From Patescibacteria group bacterium UBA3466 (GTDB lineage: Bacteria; Patescibacteriota; Minisyncoccia; Phycocordibacterales; UBA918): a stretch of 64,000 nt of DNA. Positions 56,713 to 64,000 of the stretch are shown piece after piece (position 1 is the stretch's first letter; the number at the start of each line of letters is the position of its first letter). The notes beneath the pieces were generated by a model. That model did no database searches, was not told the origin of the DNA, and saw only the letters and a program-made list of their open reading frames with translations. The DNA lies in contig DFRJ01000001.1 of NCBI GenBank assembly GCA_002378195.1, positions 161,722 through 225,721 of the forward strand. Reading direction: 5' to 3'. Both the position numbers and the translations under genes were made by a program.

Positions 56713-57346
56713 GATGTGTAGGAAGAGAAAGCTTCGTTAAAGAATTAGAAAGTCCAAGATGTCTATTAATGTACGTCTGAGTCTTTTTTGCTTGCAAAAT
56801 AAGCCATTTTGTTATGTAATGCTGAACTGGTGTAAGAAGACCCTAGGTCAGGCGTCTTATTAACCAGACCAGAGAGAACGGCATTTCGGTTAGAAATTCA
56901 CTAATTTTTATACATGAAGCATGTTTTATAACACCATGTATCCACAGTCTGTGAACTCCTATACCAGTATAAAGATGCTATTATCTCTGTACGCGCAAGA
57001 GCGCTTTTTTTCTAAGCCTCTGCGTTGTGAACGCACTTTGACAATGAAGCTATCTATGGCTTCTAAATAATAAATCAAAGTCTTAACACACTAATACCGC
57101 GTGACCTTTTTCCGTTTTAGACCGCCTGGCAGATACGCAGACCTGATTCGCAGCTAACCTTTGCAGGCAGCACACCGTCTCTCTATCGAGAGGGGAATGG
57201 TGTGCTGACTGCAAAGTTAGTGATATTACGTAAGTGATGTGATAAACCACTTACTAATATGAATTAATTCATATTATTAGATATATCAATTAACGTCTCT
57301 TCGGAGACATGCGTAGTAATTACGCAAACAAATTACAGATAATTAT

Positions 57347-59413
57347 ATGACTATCGCACGAGAATTTGTTGCAAAGCTAGCAGTAGCTTTTGTAGCAGTT
57401 GCTATGGTTCTTTCTGCTTTTGCACCAGCTGCACAAGCTCAAACAACAGAAGAACTACAAGCAATGATTAATGACCTTCTTGCTCAAGTAGCAGCTCTAC
57501 AAGCTGGTGCTGGACAAGACGCTGGAGTTTCTTCAGACGTATGTCCTTACACTTGGACACGAGACCTTTCAACAGGTTCAACTGGAGCTGATGTAATGAA
57601 GCTTCAACAATTCCTAAACGCTGACCCAGACACACGAGTGGCTGTATCAGGCGTAGGATCAGCAGGAATGGAAACTGAATACTACGGTCCAGCGACCGCA
57701 GCTGCAGTTTCAAAGATGCAAGTTAAGTACCGAGCTGACATCCTTTCACCAGCAAACTTGGTGAACCCAACAGGATTCTTCGGTCCTTCATCACGAACAA
57801 AGGCTAACTCTCTATGTGTTGCTGCTCCAGTAATGGACGATGACATGGGAGACGATGACATGATGGATGATGACGAAGATGAAGACGATTCAGATAACAC
57901 ACTATCTGGTGAAGCTTCTCTAAACTCAGTATCTGTTAACTCAGAAGAATCTGAAGTTGAAGAAGGTGAAGAAGATGTTGCAGTTATGGAACTCGGAGTA
58001 GAGTTCGAAAACGGTGACGCTGAAATCGCTCGACTTGACGTTGAACTTACAGCTGACGGTGGTAACGCTGAAGATGAACCATGGGAAGTATTTGAAACTG
58101 TTTCTCTATGGATCGACGGCGACATGATCGCTGAAGCTGATGCTGACGACGAAGATGAATACCTAGACGAAGACGACGGTTCAATCCGATTCTCTGGTCT
58201 TGATATCTTCGCTGAAGAAGATGAAGAAGTAGAAATCATCGTTGCTGTATCAATGCAGAACAACCTTGAAAGCATGCCAGAAACTTGGAACGTTACTGTT
58301 GAATCAATGCGATTCTTCGACGCTGATGGTGTAGCCGAAACTGTAACAGACGGTGACACTGACGCTGACGAACTAGGTGATCTAGTTGAATTCGATGTTG
58401 AAGCTGAAGGTTCAAACGAAGATCTAGATGTTTCTCTATCTTCAAACAACCCAGACTCAACTGACATTGTTGTTGACACTGACTCAGACACTAACGATGT
58501 AACAATCCTAGTAGCTGATCTAGAAGCTGAAGACAACGATCTAGAAGTTGATACATTCATCGTTCGAGTTAACACAACTGGTGCTTCTACTACTGACGTA
58601 GTTGATGACATTCGAGTTGTTATTGGCGGTCAAAGCTTTGATGCTGAGAACGTTTCAAACTCAAACAAGGGAACAATCAGCGGATCTGATTCACGATACG
58701 TAGACAACGACGTAACTGATGACGCTGTGTGGTACGTATTCGACATTGACGGAGACGTAACTCTTGAAGAAGATGAAGAAGTAGATCTAGAAGTAGTAGT
58801 TGATCTTAAGGACACCAACGATGGTGCTCGGTACTCAAACGGTACTCAAATTGAAGCAACTATCACTTCAGTAGAACTAGCAGCATGGGACGTAGAAGGA
58901 GCTGACGATGTTACTCCTAGCGGATCTGCAGCTGGTGATACTCACACACTAGTAGCTGAAGGTATCCTTGTACCAGTTGACGGTGTTGAAACAACAACTG
59001 ATACTTCAGGTGACAACGATACTCTTGGTGAATTCGAAATCGAATTCGAAGTTACTGCAGTAGAAGGTGACTTCTACATCCGAGAACTTGCTACTGAAGG
59101 TACATCTGCTACAACTGGTGTTGAATTCACAGTTGACGGAACTTCAGCAACAACTTCAGGAACTCTATCTTCAACAGCTGACGAAGACACTGCAGGTGTA
59201 TTCACAGTTCGAGAAGGAGAAACTGAAACATTTACTCTACGAGTAACTGTTAACCCAGATGCCTCAGGTGACTTCCGAGTTAACCTAACAGGTGTTAACT
59301 ACGCAGAAAACTCAAACGGATTCTACGTAACAGCTGGTACAGACGGTGACCTATACGTACCGACTCCAGCACAAGACTTCCGAACATCTTACGAAACTAT
59401 CCAAGGTTCATAA
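57347..59413 (+). CDS. Highly acidic secreted surface protein with a peptidoglycan-binding-like domain (S-layer-like)
   Basis: Signal peptide AQA-Q, TRDLSTGSTGADVMKLQQFLN...YYGPATAAAV, strongly biased codon usage. Confidence 0.78.
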   Translation: MTIAREFVAKLAVAFVAVAMVLSAFAPAAQAQTTEELQAMINDLLAQVAALQAGAGQDAGVSSDVCPYTWTRDLSTGSTGADVMKLQQFLNADPDTRVAVSGVGSAGMETEYYGPATAAAVSKMQVKYRADILSPANLVNPTGFFGPSSRTKANSLCVAAPVMDDDMGDDDMMDDDEDEDDSDNTLSGEASLNSVSVNSEESEVEEGEEDVAVMELGVEFENGDAEIARLDVELTADGGNAEDEPWEVFETVSLWIDGDMIAEADADDEDEYLDEDDGSIRFSGLDIFAEEDEEVEIIVAVSMQNNLESMPETWNVTVESMRFFDADGVAETVTDGDTDADELGDLVEFDVEAEGSNEDLDVSLSSNNPDSTDIVVDTDSDTNDVTILVADLEAEDNDLEVDTFIVRVNTTGASTTDVVDDIRVVIGGQSFDAENVSNSNKGTISGSDSRYVDNDVTDDAVWYVFDIDGDVTLEEDEEVDLEVVVDLKDTNDGARYSNGTQIEATITSVELAAWDVEGADDVTPSGSAAGDTHTLVAEGILVPVDGVETTTDTSGDNDTLGEFEIEFEVTAVEGDFYIRELATEGTSATTGVEFTVDGTSATTSGTLSSTADEDTAGVFTVREGETETFTLRVTVNPDASGDFRVNLTGVNYAENSNGFYVTAGTDGDLYVPTPAQDFRTSYETIQGS

Positions 59414-59462
59414 TCCATTTAGGATTATCCTAGGATGAGTAACGTATGGTTACGGATTCTTC

Positions 59463-59488
59463 AAAAAAGCCCCTTCGGGGGCTTTTTT
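59463..59488 (+). terminator. Intrinsic terminator
   Basis: aaaaagcccc-ttc-ggggcttttt. Confidence 0.85.
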
Positions 59489-59555
59489 GTTGTTTGGAAA
59501 GGAGTCTGCGGGCGTATATTTGTTGCTTTATTTATTTCACGGTAAAATATCAAAT

Positions 59556-60059
59556 ATGAATAAAACTATAGTCACACTCAGCTTTTTGTTAATAGCCTTT
59601 GCGTTTTCGGCTGGCGATGCCGAGGCCTACCGGTCACTAGGAAATGTCACAACTAAAATAAATGACACGACCTATTTATTAGCGCATGCCTACACCTTAG
59701 GTTTTTTGAATGCCGATATGAACACGCCAATTTTGGCTGGGCTAGAAGAAACTTCTCAGTTTGATACAGCACAAACCGTTTTTAGTGTAGAAGGAGAAGG
59801 GGAGCTGACCGTAAGCTCTATAGTGTTAAGTGGGCAAGACATCACGTCTGGTGGGTACGAGATCGCCGCTGGCGACCGTCCGGCCTTTATGCTGATTGCT
59901 ATCGTAGAAGGGGTGCTAGCAGGTCAAGGTGCGCCTGTAATGACGCTAGAGAAAATCCCGTTCACCTATATCAAGAATGGCGAATCTACGACAGAAGAGG
60001 GGGCTTACACGTTTTTTGATCAAGGCGCCGCTGAGTCTGATATACTAGTAGCACCATGA
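59556..60059 (+). CDS. Secreted hypothetical protein
   Basis: MNKTIVTLSFLLIAFAFSAGDAEA signal peptide. Confidence 0.65.
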   Translation: MNKTIVTLSFLLIAFAFSAGDAEAYRSLGNVTTKINDTTYLLAHAYTLGFLNADMNTPILAGLEETSQFDTAQTVFSVEGEGELTVSSIVLSGQDITSGGYEIAAGDRPAFMLIAIVEGVLAGQGAPVMTLEKIPFTYIKNGESTTEEGAYTFFDQGAAESDILVAP

Positions 60060-60193
60060 TGAATGAACCAAGAGGTAAGTTGAGTCGGCTAGCCAATAAA
60101 ACATTCTTTCGTTTTGTCTTTAGTTTTGTGGGTGTAATAGCAGCGGCACTCTTGGTAATTTTGGCTATTGGGATAGGAGGCGACGCTAATTAG
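60056..60193 (+). CDS. 45-aa single-TM small protein
   Basis: ATGA overlap with the upstream stop; MMNEPRGKLSRLANKTFFRFVFSFVGVIAAALLVILAIGIGGDAN*; fills the gap to the next gene. Confidence 0.55.
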   Translation: MMNEPRGKLSRLANKTFFRFVFSFVGVIAAALLVILAIGIGGDAN

Positions 60194-60198
60194 TTCTT

Positions 60199-60678
60199 AT
60201 GTTACGTATTACTGATCAATATTTTTGGAATTTTGTTTTCTCAGTCTTTTTCATCATTTTGGTGGTGATGGGAGCGATTATTCTAGAGACCGAATCAAGA
60301 ATTTTGTTAGCTGATTTGGAGTTGGTTGATTATGCATTAATCACACTAGCGTCTTGGCGTCTGGTGAGATTATTTGTATACGATGCCATTACCAAATTTA
60401 TTCGTGAGCAGTTCTGGGATGTTAAGAAGGTCGGAAGAAAGTACCAGTTAGAAAAACCCAAGACCGGACCAAGACGTACTATGGCAGATTTGTTCGATTG
60501 CCCTTGGTGTTTGTCGGTATGGACTACTGCCCTTGTGATGTTTGTTTACCTGCTGACACCTTACGCTGTGTTCCCGGTAGTATTTTTGGCGTTATCTAGT
60601 GTAGCTACTTTCTTGCAGCTTATGTCTAGCGCGGTGGGACACAAGGCAGAGCAGCTCAAGCGAGAAAATGAGGGTTAG
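60199..60678 (+). CDS. DUF1360 family membrane protein
   Basis: LASWRLVRLFVYDAIT..IR, LFDCPWCLSVW. Confidence 0.85.
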   Translation: MLRITDQYFWNFVFSVFFIILVVMGAIILETESRILLADLELVDYALITLASWRLVRLFVYDAITKFIREQFWDVKKVGRKYQLEKPKTGPRRTMADLFDCPWCLSVWTTALVMFVYLLTPYAVFPVVFLALSSVATFLQLMSSAVGHKAEQLKRENEG

Positions 60679-60729
60679 TAGGGTCCCTGCATTTACATTT
60701 AAGTATTATCTGCTATATTAGTTGCCAAC

Positions 60730-60800
60730 AGGCTCATGACAGCTGGTTTTCGAAAGAAAGTAATGAAGCATACGCTTCGCCGGCCGAGGTCCAAACTAAG
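60730..60800 (+). ncRNA. Ribosomal protein L10 leader
   Basis: GACAGCTGGT...TAAT...CCGGCCGAGGT upstream of rplJ resembles the L10-leader core. Confidence 0.7.
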
Positions 60801-60896
60801 CTAATTTAGTATGGAAGGTCGAGCCCGTCAGGGTATTTTTTATTTTAAAAATGCCTCCGGGCCTGTGTAAATTACAAAACGTAATCCATATTCTAA

Positions 60897-61382
60897 ATGG
60901 CAATTACAAAAGAAAAAAAGCAGGAAATTCTCGCTAAGCTAGATGGAGTAAAGACTGATTCTGAATCTATCGTATTCGTTAAATTCAATGGTATGAACGT
61001 AGCAAATACCACAGCGATGCGAACTGACTTGCGTGGTGAAGGTGTAGGCTTCTTCGTTGCGAAGAAGACTCTGATGAAGCGATCGTTTGACGGTGCTTTC
61101 GAGGGTGATATGCCAGAACTAGAAGGGGAGATCGCGGTTGCATACAGCGCCGATGCGATTGCTCCAGCCCAAAAAATCAAAGAATTTGCGGGTAAGTACA
61201 AGGACAATATTGCGATTGCTGGAGGAGTGTTCCAAGGTGTCTACAAGGATGCTGCAGAAATGACTGAGATTGCCTCAATCCCAGCTCTACCAGTTCTACG
61301 TGGTATGTTCGTTAACGTTATTAACTCACCAATCCAAGGTTTGGTACTCGGCCTTAACGCTATCGCTGAGAAGAAAGCGTAA
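60897..61382 (+). CDS. rplJ: 50S ribosomal protein L10
   Basis: MAITKEKK, VAKKTL, IASIP...LRGMFVNVINSPI. Confidence 0.95.
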   Translation: MAITKEKKQEILAKLDGVKTDSESIVFVKFNGMNVANTTAMRTDLRGEGVGFFVAKKTLMKRSFDGAFEGDMPELEGEIAVAYSADAIAPAQKIKEFAGKYKDNIAIAGGVFQGVYKDAAEMTEIASIPALPVLRGMFVNVINSPIQGLVLGLNAIAEKKA

Positions 61383-61484
61383 TTTTACTTCATCTGCGTC
61401 GTTATTCTCCAAAAAATATTATTCACCGTACAACTCGTACGGCTCACAGTATTTTTTTCGAAGGCCTCGCATCTAAAGCAAATA
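61383..61484. repeat. Long imperfect hairpin element between rplJ and rplL
   Basis: catctgcgtcg...aaaaaatatt..ccgtac/gtacgg..agtattttt...cctcgcatct. Confidence 0.55.
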
Positions 61485-61520
61485 ACACTTTCAAACAAAT
61501 TGGATTTAACTAATAAAATT

Positions 61521-62033
61521 ATGTCAGACGAGAAAGACACAGCAGTAGTAGAAGAAACTACTGAAGAGACTGCAGCTCCTGAAGCGGCAGCAGAAGAAAC
61601 TAAGGAAGAAGCTCCAGCTGAAGAAGCGGCTTCAGAATCAGATGTTGATGAATCAGTTGAAGTGCCAGCAGAATTCGCTGCTCTAGTGGAGCAAGTAGAA
61701 AAGATGTCAGTGCTTGAACTACATGAACTAGTTAAGGTTCTAGAAAAGCGCTTTGGCGTTTCAGCTTCTGCAGTAGCAGTAGCAGGACCAGCAGCTGGCG
61801 GTGACGCTGGAGGCGAAGAACAATCAGAATTTACTGTTGAACTAGCTGACGCTGGAGCACAAAAGATTGCTGTTATTAAGGCAGTGAAGGAAGCTTGTGG
61901 TCTTGGTCTTAAGGAGGCTAAGGAAATGGTAGATGGAGCACCAGCAGAAGTTAAGGCTGGTCTGAAGAAGGAAGATGCTGAAGCTCTAAAGGCGAAATTG
62001 GAGGAAGCTGGAGCGACTGTAAATCTTAAATAG
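61521..62033 (+). CDS. rplL: 50S ribosomal protein L7/L12 with acidic N-terminal extension
   Basis: [27 protein letters not shown]...[15 protein letters not shown]. Confidence 0.97.
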   Translation: MSDEKDTAVVEETTEETAAPEAAAEETKEEAPAEEAASESDVDESVEVPAEFAALVEQVEKMSVLELHELVKVLEKRFGVSASAVAVAGPAAGGDAGGEEQSEFTVELADAGAQKIAVIKAVKEACGLGLKEAKEMVDGAPAEVKAGLKKEDAEALKAKLEEAGATVNLK

Positions 62034-62182
62034 TTTTAAGATTTAAGTCACTGCTCCAGGGGCGGAGACATGTCGCGCGGAACGTAAGTGAGCACGACGG
62101 TCGAGCCGGGGTCGCGAGCCCAGAAAATAACATCGTATATTTTCTGAGGACTTGTGACGGAGCTACAGTAAACCTTAAGTAA
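62034..62182 (+). mobile_element. rplL 3'-associated structured element ending in a synonymous copy of the last 8 codons
   Basis: GGA GCG ACT GTA AAT CTT AAA TAG (62010-62033) versus GGA GCT ACA GTA AAC CTT AAG TAA (62159-62182); CGAGCCGGGGTCGCG...CTTGTGAC scaffold. Confidence 0.65.
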
Positions 62183-62202
62183 TCACTTACTTAGGTAGCA
62201 TA

Positions 62203-62239
62203 AAAAAGCAGCGCCCACGTACGTGGGCGCTGCTTTTTT
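62203..62239 (+). terminator. Intrinsic terminator after the rplL element
   Basis: aaaaagcagcgcccacgt/acgtgggcgctgcttttt. Confidence 0.85.
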
Positions 62240-62302
62240 ACAACATTGACCCCAAAAACTGTCTACCGACTTGATGTGATATAGTAGTCTCACAATTTCA
62301 GT

Positions 62303-62938
62303 ATGGCAGACCCACTTTCAATTCTGTTTGGTAGCACCGCCCGAGTAAAACTCCTAAGATTTTTTCTATTTAACCCGTCAAAAGAATTTACCTTCGATGA
62401 TATCTCTCGGAGGGCAAAGTTAGTGCGCCGCACAGCGCGCACTGAGATCAGTTCACTCGAGAAAGCCGGAGTTATTAAACAAAAAACTGTTTACATTGAA
62501 GTAGAAGGGAAGAAGAATAAAATGAAGGCAATCGGCTATACTCTGAATAAAGACTTTCAGGAGCTGCAGGCTTTGCAAACATTTTTATTCGAAACAGCAC
62601 CAATTGACGGTAAGAATCTACTAAAACACTTGCGCCAAGCAGGGACACTTGATTTTGTGGGTATTTCAGGGGTGTTTGTACGTGATTTTGAGCAAAGGCT
62701 CGATGTGTTGTTGTCGATGAAAAAGTTTAATCAGTCTAAGGTTGAAAAAGCAATTCGGTCACTGGAAGCCGAGGTGGGAATTGAGATCAGATTCGCCGCT
62801 ATGTCGTCTGAAGACTTGATGTACCGCGTCGGATTGTATGACAAACTGACTCGTGATTTCTTCGACTATAACCACCAAGTTTTGGTTGATAAAATCGGGG
62901 TAAAAGATGAAGTGACCTCAAACAGCTACCGGATGTAG
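62303..62938 (+). CDS. Winged-HTH protein with a degenerate nucleotidyltransferase-like C-terminus
   Basis: LFGSTARVKLLRFFLFNP; SGVF...LDVLL...EVGIEIRF. Confidence 0.65.
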   Translation: MADPLSILFGSTARVKLLRFFLFNPSKEFTFDDISRRAKLVRRTARTEISSLEKAGVIKQKTVYIEVEGKKNKMKAIGYTLNKDFQELQALQTFLFETAPIDGKNLLKHLRQAGTLDFVGISGVFVRDFEQRLDVLLSMKKFNQSKVEKAIRSLEAEVGIEIRFAAMSSEDLMYRVGLYDKLTRDFFDYNHQVLVDKIGVKDEVTSNSYRM

Positions 62939-63005
62939 CATCAAAAATCCGCCAAGGCGGATTTTTGATGCTACAATTTAGTTATTAAACACATAATTTT
63001 ACTTT

Positions 63006-63686
63006 ATGGGATACAGCGTGCTGACTTCAATTGAACAATCTATGGTAGCGCTTTGGATTGATGTGATGAGATTTTTGCCACAATTACTATTGGCTATTTT
63101 GGTGCTGGTTGCTGGTTGGATTATCGGTCGGATTTTGGGCGGGATTGTCTGTAAGATGTTTGTGGTACTTAAGTTGGATCATGCGTTAGATAAGGCAGGA
63201 GTTGATACCCTGTCAGAGCGAGCTGGCTATCAATTTAAGCCAGGACATTTTGTCGGTGGTTTGGTGAAATGGTTTGTGATGATTGCTTTTGCTGTGGCGG
63301 CTCTTGATATTCTTCGACTTGATGTGGTGAACGTATTTATGAGGGATGTAGTGCTAGGTTATTTGCCTAATGTGTTTGCGGCGGTGTTGATTATTTTTGC
63401 AGCTGCACTGATTGCGAAGGTGGCCGACAAGTCGGTGGTGGCAGCAGTGAAAACTGGCGGGGGACACAACCCGATTCTCTTTGGAAAACTGACATATTAT
63501 ATGATCACTTCGTTTGGTGCTTTGGCGGCGCTTAGTCAATTGCAAATTGCAGAGGAGCTAGTACAAACATTCTTCACTGGTGTGATGTTGGCAGTATCGA
63601 TTGCAGTTGGTTTGGCGTTTGGTTTGGGGGGTAAGAATGCGGCGGCTAAGTTTATTGAAGGTCATATTGAGAACATGCATAAGTAG
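63006..63686 (+). CDS. TM-helix repeat protein (small mechanosensitive channel / CmpX-like)
   Basis: FLPQLLLAILVLVAGW, YLPNVFAA, GLAFGLGG. Confidence 0.85.
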   Translation: MGYSVLTSIEQSMVALWIDVMRFLPQLLLAILVLVAGWIIGRILGGIVCKMFVVLKLDHALDKAGVDTLSERAGYQFKPGHFVGGLVKWFVMIAFAVAALDILRLDVVNVFMRDVVLGYLPNVFAAVLIIFAAALIAKVADKSVVAAVKTGGGHNPILFGKLTYYMITSFGALAALSQLQIAEELVQTFFTGVMLAVSIAVGLAFGLGGKNAAAKFIEGHIENMHK

Positions 63687-63689
63687 GGG

Positions 63690-63730
63690 AGAAAAAGGCG
63701 GGTTTCCCTTCGGGAAACCCGCCTTTTTCT
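63690..63730 (+). terminator. Intrinsic terminator
   Basis: agaaaaaggcgggtttccc-ttc-gggaaacccgcctttttct. Confidence 0.85.
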
Positions 63731-64000
63731 ATAGCTATTTAGCTTGTGTATAGCCTGTTGATAAAGTGGTGAAAAAGTCGAGGTATTTTTCCAGATAGAA
63801 CGCTTGACTTTATTTTTATTTCCTATAAGATAGCGGGCACGTATTTATGAGTTTGAGTGAAAAAGCAACGTCGTAGTAAGCGAAGTCAGTCACTGATTTT
63901 ACTTGCCGCGACTGTCGCGGTTTTTTCTTTCTCAAATTCAAGGGGGTGCGCGATTCTTTGAAAATTGCATATTCAAGAGAGACAGATTGATAAGGTCTGT

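Noticed and set aside
57682-58611. 309-aa Ser-rich minus-strand ORF, and similar ones at 6024-6335, 48064-48513 and 55011-55490
   Set aside because: These are antisense shadows of acidic, codon-biased real genes
1-64000. Alternative genetic code (TGA read as Gly or Trp)
   Set aside because: Long conserved genes translate intact under code 11, and TGA ends plausible genes such as 44511-45041

Overview
This is a 64-kb chromosomal segment of a small-genome bacterium, most likely Patescibacteria/CPR (Parcubacteria-like). That call is inferred from gene content: rplK without rplA, a TrpR-like orphan, an IleRS with a phosphatase insert, and few Shine-Dalgarno sites on core genes. The window holds housekeeping genes (uppS, rplS, secE-nusG, rplK, ileS, glyQS, metG, rpsF-rpsR, ssb, efp, recA, ftsK, rplJ-rplL), three tRNAs (Val, Leu, His), an ATP-cone-fused NrdB/NrdA ribonucleotide reductase, a thymidylate/folate cluster, a two-photolyase operon and a probable major surface protein. 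No CRISPR array, rRNA, integrase or transposase was seen. The most striking unexplained signal is a family of about 150-220 bp non-coding elements behind all three tRNAs and behind rplL. Each has a shared structured scaffold, a segment antisense to the 3' end of its own host gene, and a terminal diverged direct copy of that 3' end; for rplL the copy differs only at synonymous positions. Other signals are a second family of long hairpins after rpsR, ssb and rplJ, a motif-dense HTH gene, tandem cassettes built from remnants of a Vps62/NPP1-like gene, and an NrdA lacking its C-terminal cysteine pair. All calls were made by eye, without database searches.
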